This document shows positions 40,401 to 49,300 of a stretch of 64,000 bases of DNA, in pieces. The position numbers and the translations under genes were made by a program. The notes under the pieces are model-generated. The model had not been told where the DNA came from. It saw only the letters and a program-made list of their open reading frames with translations, and searched no databases. This DNA is from Chitinophagales bacterium (GTDB lineage: Bacteria; Bacteroidota; Bacteroidia; Chitinophagales; LD1), in assembly GCA_046329495.1 (NCBI GenBank), contig JAXLUO010000016.1, positions 21,499 through 85,498 on the forward strand. The letters run 5' to 3'. Positions within the stretch are counted from its first letter, which is position 1. Every line of letters begins with the position of its first letter.

Positions 40401-41149
40401 CTAATGGGGGCAGCCGCATTTTATTGAATTTTGACATGATACCGGGTACTTACCAGTTGGGGTTAAAAGACACTTTAAACCTATACCGCAACAATGCCGG
40501 AGCTACATATCCATACACCGATGCTGACGGTATGGTAAGCATTTACGGCAATAATGCCGGTGGTAATGCAACTAACTATTATTACTTCTTCTACGATTGG
40601 GAATTACAGGAAGCAGATTGTATTTCGCAACGTACTGCGGTGCAAATATCAGTAGGCAACACGGCTATACAATTTACCAGCAGTGCTACTGATGCGGCCG
40701 CTGGCCTGGCAAATGGAACAGCTTCAATAAATAATATAAGCGGCGGTTCGGCACCATACGCGGTACAATGGAGCAACGGGCAATCGGGCAATACGGCTAC
40801 AGGGTTACAACCCGGCACCTATACTGCTACCATTACCGATAACAGCGGCTGCCAGCAAACTGCTAATGTTGTTGTTAATGAATCGGTAGGAATAAATGAA
40901 TTAGGTGAGAGCGGTTATATACAGGTTTACCCCAATCCCGCAAATCAAACTATCATGCTAAACTGCAGTGCCTTTGCCATGCAGCAAATAAAAGTGATAA
41001 ATGCATTAGCACAAGTTGTATTGTTGCAAAACAACGTGCTCAGTAATCAATTACAATTAGATGTTAGCACCCTGGCATCCGGCGTTTATGTGCTCGAAGT
41101 TTTCAACGGCCTGTCGACCATCAAAAAACAAGTGGTGATAACCCGGTGA
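37463..41149 (+). CDS. T9SS-secreted M4 metalloprotease paralog with PKD, CUB, PKD, one SprB repeat and type-A CTD
   Basis: Start moved to MKQPYLWCLLL (signal peptide); HEISH, GALNESFSD and DNGGVH intact; VYPNPA CTD; close paralog of the upstream gene. Confidence 0.93.
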   Translation: MKQPYLWCLLLLALNPIRAAAFEQRELKGKTAEQYWQGASHIWLKQENTIPAFVEFRDGCEPDENFFFAYMQKRFLLPANYSVQLITCETDVLGIQHKRYQLLVAGVPVNNGVFILHLLNGKVKKFNGYLFKQITTGTTPAISEQQALNAALSAIGATTYKWQIADEEQFIRMETGDPDATYKPKGELFIVQKGDNTSTTFSLAWRFDIYAQQPLSRDYVFVDAQSGKVIKKSPRLYNVDAPGAAVTVYRGNRSIVADSYNGAYRLQEASRGLGIRTLNMQKGTSHNAAVNFIDSDNVWNNVNANLDQYAGDAHWGGEMTYDFYQSMGRNSIDGNGYRLTLYVHYDQSYYNAFWDGQSMNFGDGDGTVEPLTSLDIAGHEISHGLDERTANLDYQDESGALNESFSDIFGTAVEWYADSTVANWLIGEDIGSALRNMSNPNATGDPDTYHGTHWYSGTQDNGGVHTNSNVQNHWYYRLAQGGSGTNDIGSAYNVTGIGRHKATQISWRDMVYYLTNSADYADSRFYSIQAANDLFGPCSPEATSTTNAWYAVGVGGPFVFGVDAQFTPNPGSGCTVPFTVSFTNTTSNGSSYTWDFGDGTTSTSANPSHTYTSFGNYTVKLIADGGACGVDSISSNPISVNAANPCVVILPQTGTYQMQTACSGTLLDNGGASGNYSDNSNSTVTISPAGAAKVTVSFTQFGMESSYDYVYIYDGPNTSSPLLASYTGTTLPASVTSTGPSITVKQYSDQAVNDVGFTMQWTCVNPTTIPTANFKADVTESCSGLIHFTDLTTGGVNSWDWDFGDGNTSSDQHPVHLYTSSGTYTVSLTAHNSFGPNTVTKTNYIVVAKPSGPAAASINGCHADSFALTASTTNPVNWYDNSGTLAGTGNPFITPYLTTGTTYYAEEVLPQPIFNAGPADSTIGTGSNFNASNNRGLRYRVFKNCRLVSVFVYATGSGYRIIQQKDSAGAVIQQRTVFCPNGGSRILLNFDMIPGTYQLGLKDTLNLYRNNAGATYPYTDADGMVSIYGNNAGGNATNYYYFFYDWELQEADCISQRTAVQISVGNTAIQFTSSATDAAAGLANGTASINNISGGSAPYAVQWSNGQSGNTATGLQPGTYTATITDNSGCQQTANVVVNESVGINELGESGYIQVYPNPANQTIMLNCSAFAMQQIKVINALAQVVLLQNNVLSNQLQLDVSTLASGVYVLEVFNGLSTIKKQVVITR

Positions 41150-41161
41150 GTTCGCTGAGAT

Positions 41162-41200
41162 AAATAAAAAAGCCGCCCTAAAAAGGCGGCTTTTTTATTT
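41162..41200. terminator. Bidirectional intrinsic terminator
   Basis: Perfect 16-bp arms AAATAAAAAAGCCGCC / GGCGGCTTTTTTATTT between convergent genes. Confidence 0.9.
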
Positions 41201-41214
41201 ATCTCTCGTGTGGC

Positions 41215-41928
41215 TTAAAAGATATTAATAAACCCTAACTGCACTACAAATCCCTTACTATAAATAGAGTAATTCTTGTCGGTAACATTATAAAGCACGT
41301 TATAAGAAACCATTAACGGGAAAAAGAAGTTCTTGCTCTGCAATAAGTTGTATCCTGCACCAATCAATAAGGCAGGAATGGTCTTATCCACTTTGGGAAG
41401 TTCAACATGGTAGGTATTACCAACCTGGGCTAATTGAGGGTTATAGATATCATCCAATCGACGATGTAGTACTTCTAACTTGGTTCTTGCAAAGAAGCCA
41501 CGCCATATATTGTATTGCAGAAAAACGCCTCCCCCAAACGTATGCCAATTGGCATTGGTAGGATAAATGCGGCCCATGTTATCGGTAAACTGGATATTGC
41601 GAAAACCTGTATAGAAATATGTCAGGCCGCCCCCGGCATATAAACCTCCACCTGTGGCGTTCTTTTTGGGTGCCCAAATTTGGTAACCCACATAAGGCGA
41701 CAAGCCAAAGTCGATACGCCCTTGCCCAATGGACAGGTTAAAGTTAGGTTCTATAATAAACTTGGATAGGTCAACTTTCTTTTTGCTTTTAAAACCCTGA
41801 AAATCATCAGGCGGCATATTATTATCCTGCTGACGTGGCTTGCTTGTTGGAGGTGGTAAATCATCATCCTGTGCAAACAGAGGGCTAATGCCGGCTATTA
41901 AACAAAAAAGTATCAGTAGTTTCTTCAC
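41215..41928 (-). CDS. Hypothetical outer-membrane beta-barrel protein
   Basis: GTG start, signal peptide, alternating aromatic beta-strand pattern, terminal F (LGFINIF). Confidence 0.7.
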   Translation of the reverse strand: MKKLLILFCLIAGISPLFAQDDDLPPPTSKPRQQDNNMPPDDFQGFKSKKKVDLSKFIIEPNFNLSIGQGRIDFGLSPYVGYQIWAPKKNATGGGLYAGGGLTYFYTGFRNIQFTDNMGRIYPTNANWHTFGGGVFLQYNIWRGFFARTKLEVLHRRLDDIYNPQLAQVGNTYHVELPKVDKTIPALLIGAGYNLLQSKNFFFPLMVSYNVLYNVTDKNYSIYSKGFVVQLGFINIF

Positions 41929-42069
41929 AAGGTGTAATTATGCTGAAAAACGTTTACGAAGTTAAGGTATTTTATAAGACAGCCGGTTTCTTTACAAAGT
42001 TTAACCCAAGTGTGGCAAATGAGCCATTTTAACAGAAAAACGAATAATTCGACGCATAGGTTGCCCGGT

Positions 42070-43473
42070 TTAGCCAAAAATCTTGCCCGGGTTTAGTATG
42101 TTGTTAGGGTCAAACACTTTCTTGATATCCCGCATCAACTGCAGTTGCATTTCCCTGAACTTGATGTCCATATAAGGTATCTGAATCCAGCCAATGCCAT
42201 GTTCTCCTGAAATAGTCCCTTTTAACTCAACCACCTTTTGGAATATCTCACGAATACCCTTCGGCACCTCTGTTTTCCAGTATTCATCTGATAATTGATC
42301 CTTAAGTATCCGGACATGAACATTCCCGTCGCCGGCATGACCATAACAAACCGATCGGAAATTATACTTCTCTCCTACGGCCTTTATATGCCTCAGCAAC
42401 TCGGGCAAATCAGCACGCGGCACCACGGTATCTTCCTCAACGGTTACATTAGTCTTTTTAACCGCATAGGCAATATTGCGGCGCATACGCCATAAATCTG
42501 CCTTCTGTGCTTCGCTGTCGGCAAACAGTATTTCACCAACTTCAAAATTGCTAAGCACCTCATACACCTTCTCACAATCCCGTTGAATTATTTCCAAATC
42601 ATTACCATCAATCTCTATCAGTAAGGTTGCATGCGTTTCATCGGCCAGGGGCACATTTACATCTCCCAAAAAGTTGCATACATAGGTAATGGCATCGCGT
42701 TCCATAAACTCTATGGAGGAAGGAATGATGCCGGCACGAAACACAGCACTAACAGCAGCACTCGCATCATCCATGCTTCTGAAAGCGGCAAGCATCACAT
42801 TGTTGAACTTTGGATAGGGCAAGAGTTTCAGAACAATTTTGGTTACTATACCAAGGGTCCCTTCGCTACCTACAAACAACTGGGTAAGATTATATCCGGT
42901 TGAGTTTTTCAAGGTATTGGCGCCTGTCCATATAACTTCTCCATTAGGTAGTACTACCTCCAGATTTAGCACAAAATCCTTCACTACTCCATATTTAACT
43001 GCACGGGGGCCGCCACTGTTACAAGCCACATTACCACCTATATAACAGGTGCCGCGGCTACTGGGGTCAACTGGATAAAACAATCCTATTTGCTGCAGGG
43101 TGTTTTGTAAAACTTCGGTTACAACACCGGGCTCAGTAGTTACCTGCAGGTTACGTTCATCAATGTGCAGTATTTTGTTTAACCGGTCGGTAAGCAACAT
43201 AACACCACCAAACAAGCACAAACTGTTAGCACTTAAACCTGTGCCTGCCGCACGTGGCGAAACAGCTATGCGCTGCTCGTTGCAGTACTTCATAATTGCG
43301 CTTATGTCGGCAGTTGAGCCTGGTTTTAAAACCACCTCCGGCGGAAATTGCACACCATCAGTTTCGTCTTTGCTATACTTCTCTAACGTGCCTTCATCGG
43401 TAAATACATAGTCGGCACCTAATGCGGCCTTAAACCAATCAATGTCGGCAACGGTAACTTGCTTGTAACTCAT
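42070..43473 (-). CDS. FAD-binding oxidoreductase (GlcD / D-2-hydroxyacid dehydrogenase family)
   Basis: P.DPSS...IGGNVACNSGG, GSEGTLG, HAGDGNVH, GEHGIG, FDP.NILNPGK. Confidence 0.9.
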   Translation of the reverse strand: MSYKQVTVADIDWFKAALGADYVFTDEGTLEKYSKDETDGVQFPPEVVLKPGSTADISAIMKYCNEQRIAVSPRAAGTGLSANSLCLFGGVMLLTDRLNKILHIDERNLQVTTEPGVVTEVLQNTLQQIGLFYPVDPSSRGTCYIGGNVACNSGGPRAVKYGVVKDFVLNLEVVLPNGEVIWTGANTLKNSTGYNLTQLFVGSEGTLGIVTKIVLKLLPYPKFNNVMLAAFRSMDDASAAVSAVFRAGIIPSSIEFMERDAITYVCNFLGDVNVPLADETHATLLIEIDGNDLEIIQRDCEKVYEVLSNFEVGEILFADSEAQKADLWRMRRNIAYAVKKTNVTVEEDTVVPRADLPELLRHIKAVGEKYNFRSVCYGHAGDGNVHVRILKDQLSDEYWKTEVPKGIREIFQKVVELKGTISGEHGIGWIQIPYMDIKFREMQLQLMRDIKKVFDPNNILNPGKIFG

Positions 43474-43525
43474 GCCACAAACATAACAGGTAAATGCTAA
43501 TCATTTTGCAGCCTATGTGGGTATC

Positions 43526-44431
43526 TTAACGCTGCCAGGTAAGCTTCAATTTCGACCAAATCCGTTGCTCCTGCGCCATAGGGATAAATCCTGTGCTACC
43601 GCCATTATACGATCCGTAACCATTATTATAACCACCGGCAGGAGCGCCAAGTCCGTTGTTCATACCGTTATTACCGTACATGCCATTGTTATTGTACGGG
43701 TTGCCGCTATTCATTACACCACCGCCCATACCGCCATTGTTGCTCCAACCGGTATTCGAATCATTATCATCCGATTTCTCCTTATGCTCACCCATTTCAA
43801 CGGCGCCAACAACCATCCCAAATCCCAACGGTTTAGATGTATCGCCCACCTGCATAGCATGCTGAAGAACACTTCTTACCGGAATTCTATACTCTACGCA
43901 AAGGCTGTTTAAAGAATCCCATGCAAAAGCGGCTTCTACTCCATATTCATTTTTCAAAGCCAGGATTTGATTAGGTATACCATTTAAGCGTATAGATTCC
44001 AACGTCGTTTGTTGCTGGGCTATAAACAACCGCAAGTGTGTAATATCCGGGCGTGGGGTTTCTGCCTGGTTGTCATTTTCGGCTCCTTTCTTTTTGCCCT
44101 CGCCTGCCTTGCGGCTATGTTTAAGCGGAAAACCAATACCACAAGTTTCCGATTTTTTCCCCTTCGGGTCAAACCACATATTAAATCCTCCCCGAAAGAA
44201 CCGGAGTTGAGCTGCCTCTTCATTTAACTTTAAGCATACATAAACGGCACCGGTATCGTTAGCAATTGAAAACTGTATTTGGGTAGCACCGTCGTAATAG
44301 CGAAACTGTGCAGGCCAATCCCAGGCATACCCATCCACCTGAATGCCTTTTTCGGCCCACCAGCTATTCAATTCCTGCGCCCTTAGACCTGTACCTAACG
44401 CAATAAAAAATAAAAATGAAAGTATTCTCAT
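43526..44431 (-). CDS. Secreted hypothetical protein with a Gly/Asn/Tyr low-complexity segment
   Basis: Signal peptide; I.VDG...DW N-terminus; C-terminal G/N/M/Y-rich tract before W.KLKL. Confidence 0.75.
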   Translation of the reverse strand: MRILSFLFFIALGTGLRAQELNSWWAEKGIQVDGYAWDWPAQFRYYDGATQIQFSIANDTGAVYVCLKLNEEAAQLRFFRGGFNMWFDPKGKKSETCGIGFPLKHSRKAGEGKKKGAENDNQAETPRPDITHLRLFIAQQQTTLESIRLNGIPNQILALKNEYGVEAAFAWDSLNSLCVEYRIPVRSVLQHAMQVGDTSKPLGFGMVVGAVEMGEHKEKSDDNDSNTGWSNNGGMGGGVMNSGNPYNNNGMYGNNGMNNGLGAPAGGYNNGYGSYNGGSTGFIPMAQEQRIWSKLKLTWQR

Positions 44432-44566
44432 TACTTAAAATTTCAACTACCGTTACCCAACGGCCGGGTCAAATATCCTATAAAACGGTATTACCGGGCT
44501 GTTAATAATAGTTTGCGCCCAACAACTAAACGTATTAAATTCCGTTCAATAAGTAAAGCTGTTCCT

Positions 44567-45277
44567 ATGGCTCAATTACCCGAAAACTGGTTAACGCAGG
44601 GATGGATTGACTTTGAATACAAAAAATACCTGCTGCTGGCCTACCTGCAGGAGGCCGGTTCAACCTTCCATCAAAAGAAACTCTATCCAAAATTATCGGA
44701 ACTGGTAGAGCACTATCGTAACCTCAACTTATTCCGAAGCCGAAAACTTACGTTCGAAAAGGGTTTTCCAAAGGAAATTTCGAGGATTGATTTCGAGAAG
44801 TTCAGGATCGAGTACAGGGAGATGTTTGAGGATGATGAACTGCTGAAGGAGATCGATTCGATTGTAGAATTCGCTCTACCTGCATTTGAAAAGCACCTTG
44901 GCCTGGGTCGTGAACTATACCAGGAAGTTGAAGAAAAACTGGAAGTGTTTCCGGTGGGCATCATACCTCTTAGGAAAGAAGAGGGGTATATGTTCTTATC
45001 GGATTTTCCGTTGCGCATGGTAAGCGTTTATTATTACAATCTTACCATCTTTGAACAGGTAAACGAAAAATTCCGCGGTTTGCACACGCGGCTTTTGTTT
45101 AATTACACGAGTAGCCTGACGGAGAATTATGAACAGGTAAAATACCGGCTGATAGAAAACAACCGGGATTTACCGGCACCTGCAGTGTATGCCATTGAAT
45201 TTAAGCACAGCTACCCACACAGTGAAACTATGCTGCCCGTTGCAAAACGCAGTTTACTAAGGGTGTTAAGCCTGTAG
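44567..45277 (+). CDS. Conserved-looking cytoplasmic hypothetical protein
   Basis: Start moved to MAQLPENW; W..GWIDFEYKKYLLLAY and HSETMLPVAKR motifs; function not recognised. Confidence 0.75.
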   Translation: MAQLPENWLTQGWIDFEYKKYLLLAYLQEAGSTFHQKKLYPKLSELVEHYRNLNLFRSRKLTFEKGFPKEISRIDFEKFRIEYREMFEDDELLKEIDSIVEFALPAFEKHLGLGRELYQEVEEKLEVFPVGIIPLRKEEGYMFLSDFPLRMVSVYYYNLTIFEQVNEKFRGLHTRLLFNYTSSLTENYEQVKYRLIENNRDLPAPAVYAIEFKHSYPHSETMLPVAKRSLLRVLSL

Positions 45278-45279
45278 CC

Positions 45280-46356
45280 CTAACGTTTAAAGCTTGGGCA
45301 AAATACTTTTCGGCCGCCAAACTGGCGGGTGAAACTACCCACATGTACAATAGAAATTTCGGGACCGCCATTGGCCTTTGATGCATTGATTAGTTTTGAA
45401 AGGGTTACATCATAGCTTAACAATATCCGTGTTTTTTGAAATTGATAGCCTACAACAGGAGCCAGTGCATCTTTAATACGGTAATTCAATCCACCATATA
45501 GGGTATGATCTAATTCTCCCCTCCTTCCTCCAAAAAAACTATAACCAAACAACATGTTCAGCATTATCTCGCTTGCCTTCTTCTCATAACCATAATAAGC
45601 ATTTACTGCCAGTTGAGTTCTTTCATTAAAATAACCGGTCAAGCCAAGGTTAGCCTGATATCGAAATCCTAAACGTTCGGTGGTACCTAAAAAGGTATGC
45701 TTGGGCCGGTTTAAATGCAATAAGGCAAAACCGGCTTCCAGTTTAACCTGCTCGTGCACAAAGGCATTAAAGTTTATACCGGCATTAAGGTCAACAAAGC
45801 CAAAGGTTTCGCGTTGCAGGGGTTCACTGTTATTGGCATTCAAGTCAAACCCAATATCTTCTACCCACTGATTATTAAAATACAGTTTGGCAAAATCAAT
45901 AGAGCGTATTACATAATTGAGGCCTACGCCGGCCGATAGTACATAACGATGATCTTTATCAAATGCCTGATGGTAGGCGGCGCTTAAACCAATTCTACGG
46001 TAAGTAAGGCGGCCATCACCTGCCTGATCGTTTAAAAAATTAGCTCCCAGTCCAAACCAACCCACCTTTATACGCCTTTCCCCAAACGAAAAATCTACAT
46101 ACGGCGATTCGCTATGGTAATTGTAAACAGAGTTACTAATAGCCCAGGGCCATTGTAATTTGGCATTAAAGCCAATCCGGTAATTACCATCGTAAAAACC
46201 GGTTAAACCGGGGTTAAGTCCCAGTGGGTTGGAATAAAATTGCGAATAATGCACATCCTGCGCCTGCAGGTTTTTCCCGCATACAAATACGAGCAGAAGC
46301 ACGACCTTTATAAAAAGACCTGCCAGCCTACTCCTATATGGATTAAAACAAATCAT
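45280..46356 (-). CDS. PorP/SprF family T9SS outer-membrane protein
   Basis: QDVHYSQFY.NPL.LNPGLTG, SYDVT.S.L, GG.EISI; ATGA overlap with the upstream type-B cargo gene. Confidence 0.9.
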   Translation of the reverse strand: MICFNPYRSRLAGLFIKVVLLLVFVCGKNLQAQDVHYSQFYSNPLGLNPGLTGFYDGNYRIGFNAKLQWPWAISNSVYNYHSESPYVDFSFGERRIKVGWFGLGANFLNDQAGDGRLTYRRIGLSAAYHQAFDKDHRYVLSAGVGLNYVIRSIDFAKLYFNNQWVEDIGFDLNANNSEPLQRETFGFVDLNAGINFNAFVHEQVKLEAGFALLHLNRPKHTFLGTTERLGFRYQANLGLTGYFNERTQLAVNAYYGYEKKASEIMLNMLFGYSFFGGRRGELDHTLYGGLNYRIKDALAPVVGYQFQKTRILLSYDVTLSKLINASKANGGPEISIVHVGSFTRQFGGRKVFCPSFKR

Positions 46357-49300
46357 CGCACAAGCGTAATATTTCCTTTTAATGGTACATGCTGTCCGTT
46401 AATTAAGGTAGCTTCCACTGCATAGGTATATACATCCATTTCCTGCAACACACCTTTGTAAATACCATCCCATCCAACGTTCTTATCCGTAGTTTCAAAT
46501 ACCTTTTCACCCCACCGGTTATAAATTCTGAAACTTAACTCCACTATTCCGCGTCCTTCTATTTTTACTACATCGTTTATGCCGTCGCCATTGGGCGAAA
46601 AGGCATTAGGCATACCAATAAGTGCTCTAAAGTCAATAAAAATGTTCTTGCAGATGGTATCTGCACATACATCGTTGTAAGCAACAAGGCACACCGTAAA
46701 CCCATTCACATTCTCGTAAACATGATAAGGATTTTCATCGCTGCTGGTTTCTCCATCACCAAAATCCCAAAGTAACTGATCGTAGAATAAGCTCTGATTA
46801 ATAAATGGTACTTCTTTTTCAAACATGAAAGTATCCGCCGGTGTACTGAAAGCAGCATAAGGTTGAGGATGCACCGTTACGTCATGTGCAATGCTTTTGG
46901 TTTTATCACAGGTATTGGAATCTACCATAGTCAGTTTTACACCATACACTCCCGAAGATCCATAACTATGTAAAGGTGAGTACTGCGTAGATTGTCCATT
47001 ATCGCCAAACTGCCAGGTGAATTGCGCCGTAGCGTTACTCTGATTAAAAAACTGTACGGGCGTGCCCATACATACATCCTGTGCAGTGAAATCAATTATA
47101 AGATTAGGTAACAGTGTAACCGGCCTCACAACAGTATCTATAGGGTGACAACGGGTGCTGTCGGTGGCAACCAGAGTTATATAGTACGTTGCAGGCTGAT
47201 GATACGAATGGTTTTCGTTTATCTGGTTTGACCCGCTACCGTCGCCAAAATACCACTGGTAGCCGGTAGCATTTGTACTTTGGTTTATCAGTTCAACCAC
47301 TAAGTTCGAATCGCAATCGTTCAGGATGTTAAGCTGAAAGGCCGCATTAACGAAATCATCAATCACTGTAATCTGTCCATACGCTGTATCGCCACCAACA
47401 CAGGCATTCGTATCTACCCCCACCATGGTTACCTGAAAAGACCCTAATCCCGTATACGTATGTTGCACCGTATCGCCAATTCCGCTAAACCCATCGCCAA
47501 AAAACCAGGTAAAATCGGTAGTCAGTAAATTGGAGTTGCCAATCAGCGTGGCATTAAAAGGCAAACACCCGCCCGTATCGGGTATGGTTAGCGATACGTT
47601 TAAAGGCAGCAAACTTACTGCAATTTTTTCGGTGTCTACCGGATGGCAGACTTGCTGTACATCGGTTAAATAGTGGGTTATTGTAAACGTACCTGCCGTG
47701 TTGTAAACATGGGAAGCCGAATCGCCTCCTGCCTGAGAGCCATCACCAAAATCCCATAATTCGCTTTCTTCTCCTACATAGGTACTCCATACATTCACTC
47801 TAACCGAATCGCATCCATAAAATATCCGGGTGAAATGAAACGAGGCATCTGCTGCCGAATCGTAAGCAATAATATGCGCATAGGCAGTATCAGCCTTATT
47901 ACATGAATTGGTATCAGATACAACAACCCTAACCGTATAATTACCCGCTGCAAAAGCATGCGATGGACTATTCAAGGCACTACCGGTTCCATCCCCAAAA
48001 TTCCAATTATAAGTTGCGCCAGGTTGTAATGCAAGTTGAAAATTAACTAACAAGGGTGCACAGCCAATCGAATCGGTTGTTTGAAAACCAGCTTTTACTT
48101 TGGCAGGTATAAATATTTGCTGCGCAAAGGTGTCGGCCAGGTTACATTTGGTGGTGTCCGTTAAAATTAAACGCACTGTATAGGAACCCGGCGCCTGGTA
48201 ATAATGTGTTACTGAATCTTCAATAGCAGTTGCGCCATCACCTAAATTCCATAAGTACGAGGTGGTGGCATACGCCTGAGAGGCTAAAAACACTTTATTG
48301 CTATCGCAATCAATATTTAACGATGGCAAAAAATTAGCTGCCAGCGAGTCATCACGCACCCATACGTCAATATAAGCTGTGTCAGAAATATTACAAGAGT
48401 TAGAATCTATACCAACTAACATTACCTGATATGTTCCTGTATCCACATACGTATGTTGTGGATTTTGCTGGTTGCTGGTGTGCCCGTCGCCAAAATACCA
48501 CTGAAAACTTTGCGCATTATTAATGGTACCCTGAAATTGTACCGTTAGTGGTACGCATCCGGTAGCCCGCGGAAAAGCCTGTAAAGCCACACTGGTGCCG
48601 CTTAAGTTGAATGCAAGCTTTAAACCCAGTTCGTTGCAGTTATGACTGCCATTCAGCGGACTCCAAACGCCAGCAGTAGTAGGGGTTAAAGAATTACCTC
48701 CGCATCCTGCACACATGGCTTCATATACCACACCCCGTTTATCAAAGCGGCTGGTTCCGCCATCTACGTGCTCAATTGAACCGTTGCCTCCAAAATACGA
48801 ACCATACAAAATGTTCTGCGCGTTTTTTGACAGCACAAAAAAGTAAAAGTCTGTACCGTCGGTAGTGGTTTGCATGGCATCGGCCGTAAGCGGCATGTTG
48901 AACATATTATTCTGAAATCCGGCAAAGGCTGTACTGTTGGTACCCCAACCTGCCACGTACACATTCTCGCAAGTATCCACCAAAAATGCCGTTGGGCTGA
49001 TATTGGGAACGCCGGTTCCGTTACCGAATACCGTAGAATAAAAAACTGAACTTAAGTTAGGGGTAACCTTACTTATAAACTGCCCGCTATTAGGGTTAGC
49101 ATACACTGCATTTTGTACCGGGTAAGTGCCGGTAGTTTGACCAATGAAATAAACATTACCTGCTCCGTCCAATTTCACAAAATAAACCTGGTCGTTACCG
49201 CCTGTTCCAATATAACTGGAACTCAAAAACTGAGTGCCGGTGGCATTTATCAAACCAACGAAACCATCGTATTGCCCGCCCTGGTAACTACTGTGCAGCG

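Noticed and set aside
24369-41149. Diversity-generating retroelement (TR/VR pair) among the duplicated protease segments
   Set aside because: Differences between copies are not confined to adenines and are largely synonymous; no reverse transcriptase in the window.
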